In this document: in pieces, positions 37,873 to 47,875 of the stretch
Layout: every line of letters starts with the position of its first letter
Numbering within the stretch: the first letter of the stretch is position 1
The notes under the pieces: generated by a model
The model's database searches: none
Told to the model about the DNA's origin: nothing
Seen by the model: the letters and a program-made list of their open reading frames with translations, nothing else
Made by a program: the position numbers and the translations under genes
DNA from: Clostridia bacterium
Lineage (GTDB): Bacteria > Bacillota > Clostridia > Christensenellales > QALW01
Direction of reading: 5' to 3'
Assembly (NCBI GenBank): GCA_017502165.1
Contig: JAFVVO010000043.1
Coordinates: 26,409-90,408 of the forward strand
DNA: 64,000 nucleotides

Positions 37873-39083
37873 GAATTTTAATGGTAAATAAGTTTCTCTA
37901 CGGCAGAGGCGGAAGTGAAAGCTATATGCTTAAGCTTGGGGAAGAATTAAAGGAAGCAGGCCACGAAATCGAATATTTCGGTATGTTTGACGAGAAAAAT
38001 TTAGTTGGAAATTCTGCCAATGCTTACACAAGCAATATGGATTTTCATTCTACCGGCATCAAAAGATTTCTCTATCCCTTTCGCATAATTTATTCCCGCG
38101 AAGCGTATAAAAAAATATCTCAAGTTCTTGATAAATTTAAGCCCGATATAGTTCACATGAACAATATCAATTTTCAGCTTACCCCCTCTATTATCTACGC
38201 TGTAAAAAAGCGGAACATACCCCTTGTGCAGACCGTGCACGATTATCAGATGATTTGCCCTAACCATCTTCTTTACAGTTTTTCGGAAGCAAAACCCTGC
38301 GAAAGATGTATTAAGGGTTCAAAAGCAAACTGTATAAAGTATTCTTGCATCCATTCTTCTAAAATTAAAAGTATTTTAGGGGTTATTGAAGCAAAGCTTT
38401 ATTCTTTATTAAAAACCTATAAAAAAGTTGATTTATACGTTTGCCCAAGTAATTTTTTGGAAAATAAGCTTTTAAGCGCTTCCGAAATTTACCGCGGCAA
38501 AACCTTTACCTTACATAATTTTATCGAGAAAAAATTTACTCCCGTTAAAGAGGAAAATGCCAAGCCCTACGTTGTTTTCGTAGGCAGGCTTTCAAAAGAA
38601 AAGGGCGTTGAGCTTTGGGCTGAAACTGCCCGCCTTTTACCCGAATATTCCTTTGTTGTTGCAGGAAACGGACCCGACGGCGATTGCTTGAAGGATATTC
38701 CCAACGTTATTCTGAAAGGCTTTGTTGCAGGAGCAGACCTTGCAAACCTTATGGGAAACGCCAGTCTTTTACTTGCCCCCTCGGTATGCTATGAAAACTG
38801 CCCCTTATCCATTTTAGAATCCCATTCCTTCGGCGTTCCCGTTGTAACTATGAACAGCGGCGGAATGGCCGAACTTGTTTCAGATAACTTTGACGGCTGT
38901 CTGGCAAATGCTCCCACCGCAGCTTCTGTTGCAGAAGCAATAAAAAGATGCCTTGACAAAGACTTATACAAAGCTCTTAAACAAAACTGCGAGCAAAAAT
39001 CGGGAGAGATTATGACCGTTAAGGAGTATTGTAAAATACTCGTTGAAAAATATAACCACCTTATTGATGAAAGGCAGAAATGA
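37869..39083 (+). CDS. GT4 glycosyltransferase
   Basis: MRILMVNKFLYGRGGSESY and FVGRLSKEKG...ENCPLSILESHSFGVPVV. ATGA overlap with wzy. Confidence 0.85.
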   Translation: MRILMVNKFLYGRGGSESYMLKLGEELKEAGHEIEYFGMFDEKNLVGNSANAYTSNMDFHSTGIKRFLYPFRIIYSREAYKKISQVLDKFKPDIVHMNNINFQLTPSIIYAVKKRNIPLVQTVHDYQMICPNHLLYSFSEAKPCERCIKGSKANCIKYSCIHSSKIKSILGVIEAKLYSLLKTYKKVDLYVCPSNFLENKLLSASEIYRGKTFTLHNFIEKKFTPVKEENAKPYVVFVGRLSKEKGVELWAETARLLPEYSFVVAGNGPDGDCLKDIPNVILKGFVAGADLANLMGNASLLLAPSVCYENCPLSILESHSFGVPVVTMNSGGMAELVSDNFDGCLANAPTAASVAEAIKRCLDKDLYKALKQNCEQKSGEIMTVKEYCKILVEKYNHLIDERQK

Positions 39084-40135
39084 TGGCTCAACCAAAGGTA
39101 AGTGTTATCGTTCCGGTTTATAATACGGAAAAGTATCTTGAAAGATGCTTATCTGCAATTAAAAACCAAACGCTTAAGGACATCGAAATAATTATCGTTG
39201 ACGACGGCTCAAAGGAAGCCTGCGCCGCTTTATGCGACGAAATGGCAAAAACTGATTCTCGCATTAAGGTTATTCACAAGCAAAACGGCGGATTAGGCTT
39301 TGCCCGTAACACAGGGCTTTCTGCCTCAACCGGCGAATTTGTAGGCTTTGTGGACTCCGACGACTATATTGTTCCCGAAATGTATGAAAATCTTTATTCT
39401 GCCGCTAAAAGCTACTCTGCCGACCTGGTTATTTCAGGCTTTTGCTTTGTAGGCGGTAACACCTTTGCCGATAATGACGTTATTACAAAGGCTTATTTTG
39501 ACAAAGACACTGTTTTTGAAAATGACGAGCTTAAATCCTTGCTTTTAGGTGTTATAGGCGCATTTCCAAAGGAGCCTGACGACAGCCGATACGGCGTAAG
39601 CGTATGTAAAAATATTTTTAGAACTGCCTTAATAAAGGACAAAGAACTTGAGTTTTTATCTGAAAGAGAAATTCTTTCGGAGGACACCTTGTTTATAGTA
39701 GATTTTATTAAAAATTCCGACCGCGCCGTTGGCGTAAAGGAAGCATATTATTGCTATTGCCGTAACGAAGATTCTCTTTCAAAATCTTATAACAGCACCC
39801 GTTTTGAAAAAAGTATCGTTTTCTTAGACGCTCTTGAAGAGCGTATTAAGGATTTTGTTTCAGAGAAAGAATACCGTCTTTATCTTGACCGCTTGATTCA
39901 AGGGTTTGGCAGAATTTTATGCTCTCAGGAAATCGTCCATGCAAAAATCGAAAAAATCAAGTTTAGCATTTTAAGAAAACGTTTAAGCGAAATATGCACA
40001 CACTCAAAGATAAAATCCGTATTAAAAACGTATCCTTGGTATAAATTGCCCGTAAAGCAGGCAGCTTTTGCCTTCGCAATGAAGCATAAGCTTTTTTTAC
40101 TTCAAAAAATTATGGTGCTTCTTAGGGATAGATAG
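39080..40135 (+). CDS. GT2 glycosyltransferase
   Basis: VSVIVPVYNTEKYLERCLSAIKNQTLKDIEIIIVDDGS and FVDSDD. Confidence 0.88.
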   Translation: MMAQPKVSVIVPVYNTEKYLERCLSAIKNQTLKDIEIIIVDDGSKEACAALCDEMAKTDSRIKVIHKQNGGLGFARNTGLSASTGEFVGFVDSDDYIVPEMYENLYSAAKSYSADLVISGFCFVGGNTFADNDVITKAYFDKDTVFENDELKSLLLGVIGAFPKEPDDSRYGVSVCKNIFRTALIKDKELEFLSEREILSEDTLFIVDFIKNSDRAVGVKEAYYCYCRNEDSLSKSYNSTRFEKSIVFLDALEERIKDFVSEKEYRLYLDRLIQGFGRILCSQEIVHAKIEKIKFSILRKRLSEICTHSKIKSVLKTYPWYKLPVKQAAFAFAMKHKLFLLQKIMVLLRDR

Positions 40136-40144
40136 GAGTTGTTT

Positions 40145-41170
40145 ATGCTTTTTTCAATAATAGTTCCCATATACAACGTTGAAAAATATATAAAAAACTG
40201 CATCGAAAGCGTACTGACCCAATCCTGCGCCGATTTTGAGTTAATTCTTGTTGACGACGGCTCACCCGACGGTTGTCCTGCAATCTGTGACGAGTTTGCA
40301 AAAAGTGATGCAAGAATTAAGGTTATACATAAACAAAACGGAGGCCTTGTAAGCGCAAGGCAGGCAGGCATTAAGGTTGCCCAAGGAGAATATATTATAA
40401 ATCTTGACGGTGACGACGCTCTTTGCCCCGATGCCCTTGCTTCCGCGCAAAAAATAATTGCCGAAACTAATGCTGACATTATTTCCTTTGCCCATAAGCG
40501 TTTGCTTAACGGAGAAATCAGTGAAGTTCAAACTGATTTAATCCCCGAAGGCTTCTTTAATAAGGAGCAAATTAAGGAACATATTTATCCAAAGTTATTG
40601 TCCGATAAAAATATGGAGCACTTCTTCTACTTTTTGTGGGGAAGAGCATTTAAGAAAGAGCTTATTTTGCCCCATCAGCTTGCAGTTAATCCTGCCATCT
40701 CCTTAGGAGAAGATTTAAGCTGCATAGTGCCTTGCTTTTTAGATGCAAATACCGTTTTTGTAAGCAATTTTCCCTTTTATCTTTACACTATCCGTAACGA
40801 TTCCATTTCAACAGACTTCAAAACTCAGCAAATTACGCAGATTCAGGACGTTATTTTAAGTCTGAAAAAAATAGAAAACAATAAGCCCGTGGATTTTGAG
40901 GAGCAAATTTCACGTTATTCCTGCTTTATGTGCTTTGCAATTTTAGCCGCTGCAGCAGAGGGTAACCATTTTAATTCCCTTAAAAAAATAACGGAGCTCA
41001 TAAATTCCTCAATCCACAAGGAAGAAATCAAAAAAGCACGTTTTGAACGTCTTTCGGCAAAAAGCCGTATCGCAATTTTTTTGATGCAGAAAAACGCATT
41101 GGGATTAGCCTTTTATTTCCTTTATATTTGCAAAGAACTAAAAAGAATAAGAAAGAGTGACAAGAAATGA
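40145..41170 (+). CDS. GT2 glycosyltransferase
   Basis: FSIIVPIYNVEKYIKNCIESVLTQSCADFELILVDDGS and LDGDD. ATG 40145 lies 6 nt after AGGAG. Confidence 0.88.
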   Translation: MLFSIIVPIYNVEKYIKNCIESVLTQSCADFELILVDDGSPDGCPAICDEFAKSDARIKVIHKQNGGLVSARQAGIKVAQGEYIINLDGDDALCPDALASAQKIIAETNADIISFAHKRLLNGEISEVQTDLIPEGFFNKEQIKEHIYPKLLSDKNMEHFFYFLWGRAFKKELILPHQLAVNPAISLGEDLSCIVPCFLDANTVFVSNFPFYLYTIRNDSISTDFKTQQITQIQDVILSLKKIENNKPVDFEEQISRYSCFMCFAILAAAAEGNHFNSLKKITELINSSIHKEEIKKARFERLSAKSRIAIFLMQKNALGLAFYFLYICKELKRIRKSDKK

Positions 41171-42246
41171 ACGAAACTCCAAAAATTTCTTTAATAATGA
41201 GCGTGTATAACGGCGAGGATTACCTTGCCGAAGCTATTGAAAGCGTGTTAAGGCAAACCTTTTCCGCTTGGGAGCTTATAGTTATAAACGATTGCTCTAC
41301 CGATTCAACAAGCGAGATTTTAAGTTCTTTTGCCGCCAAAGACGAAAGAGTTAAGGTTCACGTTAACGAGGTTAATTTAAGACTTCCGTCTTCGCTTAAC
41401 AAGGCATTGTCCTTAGCAAAAGGAAAATATATTGCAAGAATGGACGCAGATGACGTTTGCTTGCCCGACAGATTGCAAAAGCAGTTTGATTTTATGGAAA
41501 GCAATCCGGACGTTGCACTGTCTTCCTGCAGATTTATGACGCTTAAAAACGGAGTAATTTCTTCAGGCGGCTGCGGCGGTAAAAATGATTCAGAATCTAT
41601 TAAGGCATTACTTTTAGTAACAAACCCCATTCTTCACCCCGGCATTATTGCCAAGGCTGAAGTAATTAAAAGCCTTGGGTACGACAAAAACTTCACCTGC
41701 ACCGAGGATATGGAATTATGGACCCGCTTTATTTTAGCAGGCCACAAGATTGAAATTTTATCCGACTATCTTATGATGTACCGCCTGCACGATAAACAAA
41801 TTACCGAAACAACCTTGGAAAAGCAAAAGGGCGAGGTTATTACCATTCAGAAAAAATATCTTGGCGCCTTGCTCGAACCAATGACAAAAGAGCAGGAAGA
41901 CTTTTATATTAAAGAAATTTATTTTAGAAAAAATACCGACATTAACGCTTTCTGCCAATTTTATAAGTGGTTAAAGGCCCTTAACAAAAAAACTAAGGTT
42001 TTGTCTAAAGAAAGCTTAAACTATGCCTTGTTTGAAATCTTGGCTGAGTATAAAAGAAACGGCTTGTCAAAATCCAACCTTATTAAAGCAATGCTTTGCT
42101 TTGGTATTCCCTTTTTATTTAAGGAAATTCCTAACCGTAAAAAGCGCGCCCGCGTTGATGGACTAAAATGCATTGAAGCCGCCGAGAAAATAGGATTGGC
42201 TATGTCAGGCGGTACAGTAGAATTTCCCACATTTTCAAAGAAATAA
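41167..42246 (+). CDS. GT2 glycosyltransferase
   Basis: ISLIMSVYNGEDYLAEAIESVLRQTFSAWELIVINDCS and MDADD. ATGA overlap with the previous gene. Confidence 0.88.
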   Translation: MNETPKISLIMSVYNGEDYLAEAIESVLRQTFSAWELIVINDCSTDSTSEILSSFAAKDERVKVHVNEVNLRLPSSLNKALSLAKGKYIARMDADDVCLPDRLQKQFDFMESNPDVALSSCRFMTLKNGVISSGGCGGKNDSESIKALLLVTNPILHPGIIAKAEVIKSLGYDKNFTCTEDMELWTRFILAGHKIEILSDYLMMYRLHDKQITETTLEKQKGEVITIQKKYLGALLEPMTKEQEDFYIKEIYFRKNTDINAFCQFYKWLKALNKKTKVLSKESLNYALFEILAEYKRNGLSKSNLIKAMLCFGIPFLFKEIPNRKKRARVDGLKCIEAAEKIGLAMSGGTVEFPTFSKK

Positions 42247-42260
42247 TTTAGGAGCATAAT

Positions 42261-43622
42261 ATGCACATATTTGAAAACCCACTCGTAATAATAGGAATTT
42301 TAGCTTTTTGCTTTCTTGCGCTGGTTTCAGTTGCCATTTATTTTGCCGTTAAAGGCGTAAAAACCGCAAGCGGCCACGCAGAAAACGACTTTTCAACAAT
42401 AAACAAGCTTGAAAACGAATTCAGAAAATTAGGTAAGCACCGTGCAGACAGATGGGTGATGTACGTTAGCGTTTCATCTGCTACACCGCCAAGTGATTAT
42501 GCTGAGCCAAACGTTTTTTCCGAAATCAAACGCTCTCTGCTTTCTATGTTTGCAAACGAATACGATTATATTGCAATTTATGATGATAACAGCTACGTTG
42601 TACTTGCAAACCGTGAAAAAGCAGAAATAGAAGAAACAATAGAAATCTGTCAGGCAGAATTAAATAAATGTCTTTTAAGCTATAGCGCTCTTAACGTGGT
42701 AAACGTAAGAATAGGCTCCCATTGTGCCGACGGCTCTCACGTTACCTTTGACGAAGCAATTTCCCGTGCAAAACAAGCTTGTTTGCTTGCAAAAAATAAA
42801 AATGTTTTCTATTCTCAGTGGGATATTACCAGCGGAAAGGCCTTGGAAAAAAAGATTAAAATTGAAAACAATATTGAAAAAGAAATTGATAACAACCGTT
42901 TCTTTTTAGAATATCAGCCGGTTTTAGATGCCAAAACCAAGAAGATTATAGGCGCTGAGGTTTTATCCCGCTTAAATTCCGAAAGTGACGGAGTTTTAAC
43001 CCCCGGCAGCTTCTTATCCGCGTTAGAATCCGTAGGCATTAACGAAAAATTCGACTATTATATTTTTGAAAAGAACTGTAAGTGGATTTCCAACGACAAA
43101 CCTCAGCGGGAAGGCTACAAATATACCATAAACTTTTCCCGTTCTACTTTGAGTGAGCCTGAATTTGTAAACAAAATTATAAACATTGCCGAAAAATACG
43201 ATTTGAAATTTTCCTGCCTTGCGGTTGAAGTGCTTGAAGATAAAAACGTTACCGGCGAAGCAAAAAAACAAATGATTGATAACCTTTCTGCGCTTAAAGA
43301 AAAAGGTGTTTCCATTTTGCTTGACGATTTTGGCAGCGGTTACACAACCTTTGGAGATTTACAAAGCTTTGACGTTTCTATAGTAAAAATTGACAAATCC
43401 ATAACCCAGAACGCCGTTACCGAAACCGGCTTTATCATACTTAAAAATATTATTCAGACTGCCCACGATATAGGCTTTAAGACGGTTTGCGAGGGTGTTG
43501 AAAACAAGGAGCATGAGGAAGCTGCAATAAAAGCAGAATGTGATATGCTTCAAGGCTTCTACTATTACAAGCCTATGCCCGTTACAATGCTTGAAAAACT
43601 GTTTAACAATAATAAAAATTAG
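42261..43622 (+). CDS. Membrane-anchored degenerate-GGDEF / EAL (EVL) c-di-GMP phosphodiesterase
   Basis: One N-terminal TM segment. The GGDEF-like region has YDDNSY in place of GGDEF. The EAL domain has EVL (42957-42965), INFS, EVLED, DDFGSGYTT, KIDKS, EGVEN and QGFYY. Confidence 0.8.
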   Translation: MHIFENPLVIIGILAFCFLALVSVAIYFAVKGVKTASGHAENDFSTINKLENEFRKLGKHRADRWVMYVSVSSATPPSDYAEPNVFSEIKRSLLSMFANEYDYIAIYDDNSYVVLANREKAEIEETIEICQAELNKCLLSYSALNVVNVRIGSHCADGSHVTFDEAISRAKQACLLAKNKNVFYSQWDITSGKALEKKIKIENNIEKEIDNNRFFLEYQPVLDAKTKKIIGAEVLSRLNSESDGVLTPGSFLSALESVGINEKFDYYIFEKNCKWISNDKPQREGYKYTINFSRSTLSEPEFVNKIINIAEKYDLKFSCLAVEVLEDKNVTGEAKKQMIDNLSALKEKGVSILLDDFGSGYTTFGDLQSFDVSIVKIDKSITQNAVTETGFIILKNIIQTAHDIGFKTVCEGVENKEHEEAAIKAECDMLQGFYYYKPMPVTMLEKLFNNNKN

Positions 43623-43659
43623 TTAGATTATACTGAACACAAAACCTGGAGGAACTTAA

Positions 43660-44586
43660 ATGCTTTCTGTTATAATTCCCGCATTTAACGAAGAAAAATC
43701 CATTTCCCGCGCATATTCCGTTATTTCGGGTCTTTTAGAAAACGCAAACATCGAAAACGAGCTTATTTTTATTGACGACGGCTCAACCGATGCAACGTAT
43801 AAAGAAATACGGACCTTGGCGGAAAAAGAAAATAACGTTTGCGGTCTTCATTTTTCGAGAAATTTCGGAAAAGAAGCGGCGATTTCAGCAGGTCTTGCGG
43901 CGGCAAAGGGTGATTGCGTTGTAGTTATTGATTGTGACCTTCAGCATCCACCGGAGAAAATTATCGAAATGTACGCCTTATGGCAAGAAGGGTTTGAGAT
44001 CGTTGAAGGCATTAAAAGCTCCCGCGGTAAAGAAAAAGCCCTTCACGGCTTAGCGGCAAAGAGCTTTTATTCAATTATCAGCGCCCTTGTTGGCTTTGAT
44101 ATGTCAAACGCATCGGATTTTAAGCTTTTAGACCGCAAGGTTGTTGACGTACTTAATAATATTCCCGAAAAGAAAGGCTTTTTTAGAGCAATTTCATTTT
44201 GGGTAGGATATAAAAAAGCAACTGTGGAGTTTGAGGTTCAGGAAAGAGAAGAGGGCACTTCAAAATGGAGCACTATCGGTCTTTTGAAGTACGCAATTTC
44301 AAATATTTCCGCCTATTCAACGGCGCCTATGCAAATCGTTACGGTACTTGGTGTTATTATGCTTTTTATTACAGCCGTTTTCTTTGTTTGGGCTCTTATT
44401 GATAAAATTGCAGGCCGCGCCCTTGAAGGTATGACAACGGTTATCATTATTTTGATTTTTATAGGAAGCATTATGATGATAAGCCTTGGTATTATCGGCT
44501 ATTACGTTGCCCGTATTTACGAAGAAATTAAAGGCAGACCCAAGTATATTGTTTCTGCAAAATGCGAAAGCAAAAAAAATAATTAA
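43660..44586 (+). CDS. Polyprenyl-phosphate glycosyltransferase (GT2, GtrB/CsbB/ArnC-like)
   Basis: LSVIIPAFNEE, IDDGSTD, DCDLQHPPE and two C-terminal TM helices. Confidence 0.85.
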   Translation: MLSVIIPAFNEEKSISRAYSVISGLLENANIENELIFIDDGSTDATYKEIRTLAEKENNVCGLHFSRNFGKEAAISAGLAAAKGDCVVVIDCDLQHPPEKIIEMYALWQEGFEIVEGIKSSRGKEKALHGLAAKSFYSIISALVGFDMSNASDFKLLDRKVVDVLNNIPEKKGFFRAISFWVGYKKATVEFEVQEREEGTSKWSTIGLLKYAISNISAYSTAPMQIVTVLGVIMLFITAVFFVWALIDKIAGRALEGMTTVIIILIFIGSIMMISLGIIGYYVARIYEEIKGRPKYIVSAKCESKKNN

Positions 44587-44598
44587 AAGGAAAATAAT

Positions 44599-45600
44599 AT
44601 GGAAAGAAACGTCCTTGTTGATAAGCTTAAGGGATATGCCTGCTTTTTAGTGTTATTAGGCCACGTTATAATGGGCATAAGGTTGTCCGGCATCTCGGTT
44701 CCGTTCTTTTTTGAAGGTACCGAACAGTTTTTGTGGTCTTTTCACGTGGCTCTTTTTATGTTTTTAAGCGGTGTAGTCTATAAAGAAACAGGTGGCTGGA
44801 CAAGTAAAAAAACAAAAGGCAGATTTATTCTTAACAAGCTTCTTAATTTAGGAATACCTTACGTTGTTTTTTCTGCCGTTTACATTATAATTAATAGCTT
44901 TGTAGGAGAAGCCAATACCCACTCTTCTGTTGCAGATATTTTATTTATCTGGAAAACACCAGTTGCACAGTATTGGTTTTTATACGCTTTATTTTTCCTT
45001 TTTGTTATTTGGGTTTGTTTGTCCGGCATATTAAAAAATTGGCAAATAACTCTTTTTACAGTTTTATTGGGCTATGTTTTACCGCTTATTCCGGGATTCT
45101 CGTGGGGTCCGTTTGATATTGTATTTTATTCTGCCTTAGCCTTTGGCTTGGGAACCTCGGTAGATTTCAAAAGTTTAACTAAAACTTCCGCTTTTATTAA
45201 ATATTTAACGGTGGCAATGCACCTTGCAGTAAGCATTACGCTAATCGTTTTCGGCTTAATAGAGAAGGCCTTTATTAAAGAAATAATGACCTTATTCGGA
45301 ATTTATTCAAGCATTTCTTTTATTTATTTGCTTCAGGATATTAAGCCCGTTTCACGTTTTTTACTGTTCATTAATAAGTATTCTTTTCAGACTTATCTTT
45401 TACATACAATTTTTACTGCAGGAGCACGCGTTATGTTGCTTCGGGCAGGCGTTTCACAGTGGTGGATACACCTTGTTTTAGGCACCCTTTGCGGCATAGC
45501 TTTTTCAGTTTTAGCATCAATAATTGCAAAAAAAATAAAGGTGCTCAATATTTTCTTTTTCCCCACAAAAACTGTAAAATCCTTACAAAAACAACAGTAA
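44599..45600 (+). CDS. Acyltransferase-3 family membrane O-acyltransferase
   Basis: About 10 TM helices. The N-terminus LKGYACFLVLLGHV is typical of Acyl_transf_3. Confidence 0.8.
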   Translation: MERNVLVDKLKGYACFLVLLGHVIMGIRLSGISVPFFFEGTEQFLWSFHVALFMFLSGVVYKETGGWTSKKTKGRFILNKLLNLGIPYVVFSAVYIIINSFVGEANTHSSVADILFIWKTPVAQYWFLYALFFLFVIWVCLSGILKNWQITLFTVLLGYVLPLIPGFSWGPFDIVFYSALAFGLGTSVDFKSLTKTSAFIKYLTVAMHLAVSITLIVFGLIEKAFIKEIMTLFGIYSSISFIYLLQDIKPVSRFLLFINKYSFQTYLLHTIFTAGARVMLLRAGVSQWWIHLVLGTLCGIAFSVLASIIAKKIKVLNIFFFPTKTVKSLQKQQ

Positions 45601-45648
45601 TATTAACTGTTTACAAAGCATCCTTCTTCAAAATTAAACAACCTTTCT

Positions 45649-45676
45649 ACCCGAAGTTAATATCTTCGGGTTTTTA
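45649..45676 (+). terminator. Rho-independent terminator ending the Wzx/Wzy operon
   Basis: ACCCGAAG-TTAATAT-CTTCGGGT followed by TTTT. Confidence 0.8.
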
Positions 45677-45712
45677 CTCTTTTTATTAAAACCGTCCAAA
45701 AACAAATAAAAT

Positions 45713-45741
45713 TTGACTAATATATATATTTATGATAATAT
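45713..45741 (+). promoter_or_regulatory. Candidate sigma-A promoter of the ABC-transporter glycan module
   Basis: TTGACT (45713-45718), 17-nt spacer, TAATAT (45736-45741). Confidence 0.45.
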
Positions 45742-45798
45742 TATGATGATTACGGCTGTCTTTTTGGACTGCCAAAAAAACAAAAAAAGGATACGCTT

Positions 45799-47829
45799 AT
45801 GACAGAACAAGAAATTCTCCAAGGGGAGCTTAAACGCCTGCAGGAAGAAAACGAGGCTCTTGCCAACCAGCTTACCGCGGCAAAAAAGGATGCTCTTGCA
45901 CGCAAAATTTCATACGATTCACTTAAGGAGGTTTACCGTGAGCTTTCTGCCAAGTATTCAAAGGTAGATCACGAGTACACATATCTGATCAATTCAACAT
46001 TTTGGAAAACCACAAAGCCCCTTCGTGCTTTAATGAATCTTTGTAAGCGCAACAAGTTTATTTATTATTCACTTAAGGCTGTTAAGGTGCTTTTTACCCG
46101 TGGACCAATCGTTGTTGTTCAGCTTACTAAAAAGAAAATGCGTACCAAATCCGTTGGCGGTAAATTTTCCATTTCCGCTAAACGCAGAAAAGCCGAGGAG
46201 GCTGCAACCTTTACTTCTGACGTTAAATTCAGCGTTTTGGTACCCCTTTATAACACTCCAATTAAATTTTTGCGCCAGATGATTGAATCTGTACAGAAGC
46301 AAACCTATAAAAACTGGGAGCTTTGCCTTGCCGACGGCAGTGACGCAGACCATTCTGACGTGGAAGCGGTAGTAAAGGAGCTTCAAAAGGCTGACGAAAG
46401 AATTAAATACGTTAAGCTTGAGAAAAACCTTGGTATTTCCCTTAACACCAACGCTTGTATCGATATTTCTTCGGGCAATTACATTGCTCTTTTTGACCAC
46501 GACGACCTTCTTCATCCATCTGCACTTTTTAAGGTAGCAAAGAGAATTGAAGAAACAGGTGCAGACTTTATTTATACCGATGAGGCTACCTTTACGGGAA
46601 ACAATCCCCGCAACGTTGTAACGGCTCACTTTAAGGCGGATTTTGCTCCCGACACTCTCCGTTCATATAACTACATTTGCCACCTTTCCGTTTTCAGCCG
46701 CGAGCTGATGAATAAGGTGGGCGTTTTCCGTGCAGAGTGTGACGGAAGTCAGGATTACGATATGATTCTCCGCTTAACCGAGCAGGCAACGAAAATCGAG
46801 CATATTCCCGAGCTTTTATATTATTGGCGCGGCCACAAAAATTCCACCGCCCAGGATATCGGCTCAAAGCCCTATATTATTGCGGCGGCGCACCGCGCTC
46901 TTTCTGACCACTTAAAGCGCATCGGTCTTCGCGGCAGCGTTCTTGACGGCACTCTTCCTTCAACATACAGAATGAGCTATGAGCTTAAGGACGAGCCTCT
47001 TATTTCAATCATTATTGCAAATAAGGATAACGTGGACAGCCTTGACAAGTGTCTGCGCTCCATTTACGAAAAATCCTCTTATCAGAATTTTGAGGTTATT
47101 ATCGTTGAAAACAATTCCGAAAGAAAGGAAACCTTCGAATATTACAAGCTTATTCAGGAAGAATATCCCTCCTGCAAGGTTATAAAATGGACAGAAGGCT
47201 TCAACTATTCGGCAATTAACAATTTTGGATGTCAGCACGCAAAAGGCGAATACTTTATGCTGCTTAATAATGACGTTGAGATTATTTCGCCCCAATGGCT
47301 TGAAGAAATGCTTATGTTTGCCCAGCGCTCCGACGTGGGCGCAGTAGGCGCTATGCTTTATTATCCCGACGACACTATTCAGCACGCAGGTGTTATTTTA
47401 GGTATCGGCGGCGTTGCAGGCCACGGCCACAAGCACACCCCCAGAGGCGGCTTCGGATATATGTCCCGCGCCACTATTGCCCAGAACTATACTGCAGTTA
47501 CCTTTGCCTGCGTTTTAATTCCCAAATCGGTTTACAATCAGGTTGGCGGACTTGACGTAGGCTATCAGGTAGCCTTTAACGACGTTGATATGTGTATGCG
47601 TATCCGTGAAGCAGGTTATCTTATCGTGTTCACCCCCTACGCAGAGCTTTATCATTACGAATCAAAGAGCCGCGGCTCAGAGGACACTCCCGAAAAGGTG
47701 CTCCGTTTTCAGTCCGAGGTTTATCGCTTTCAAGAACGCTGGGGTAAGGAGCTTGAAGCAGGTGACCCCTACTACAACCCCAATTTAACCTTGGCGTACG
47801 AGGATTTCTCCGTTAAAATGGAAAAATAA
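45799..47829 (+). CDS. Coiled-coil + tandem GT2-domain glycosyltransferase (polymerising type)
   Basis: N-terminal coiled coil (LKRLQEENEALANQL). Two GT2 modules are present (FSVLVPLYNTP...FDHDD and ISIIIANKD...LNNDVE). Confidence 0.82.
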   Translation: MTEQEILQGELKRLQEENEALANQLTAAKKDALARKISYDSLKEVYRELSAKYSKVDHEYTYLINSTFWKTTKPLRALMNLCKRNKFIYYSLKAVKVLFTRGPIVVVQLTKKKMRTKSVGGKFSISAKRRKAEEAATFTSDVKFSVLVPLYNTPIKFLRQMIESVQKQTYKNWELCLADGSDADHSDVEAVVKELQKADERIKYVKLEKNLGISLNTNACIDISSGNYIALFDHDDLLHPSALFKVAKRIEETGADFIYTDEATFTGNNPRNVVTAHFKADFAPDTLRSYNYICHLSVFSRELMNKVGVFRAECDGSQDYDMILRLTEQATKIEHIPELLYYWRGHKNSTAQDIGSKPYIIAAAHRALSDHLKRIGLRGSVLDGTLPSTYRMSYELKDEPLISIIIANKDNVDSLDKCLRSIYEKSSYQNFEVIIVENNSERKETFEYYKLIQEEYPSCKVIKWTEGFNYSAINNFGCQHAKGEYFMLLNNDVEIISPQWLEEMLMFAQRSDVGAVGAMLYYPDDTIQHAGVILGIGGVAGHGHKHTPRGGFGYMSRATIAQNYTAVTFACVLIPKSVYNQVGGLDVGYQVAFNDVDMCMRIREAGYLIVFTPYAELYHYESKSRGSEDTPEKVLRFQSEVYRFQERWGKELEAGDPYYNPNLTLAYEDFSVKMEK

Positions 47830-47875
47830 CCGCAAAAAAATGTCCTTTATAAAAAAGGACGAATCGAGGAAATTT

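Noticed and set aside
42400-42800. Second active diguanylate cyclase in the operon
   Set aside because: The GGDEF-like region has YDDNSY instead of GG[DE]EF and lacks the DxLT..NR signature. I therefore call it degenerate, not a cyclase.
46069-46629. 186-aa minus-strand ORF inside the dual-GT2 gene
   Set aside because: It is an antisense shadow ORF.
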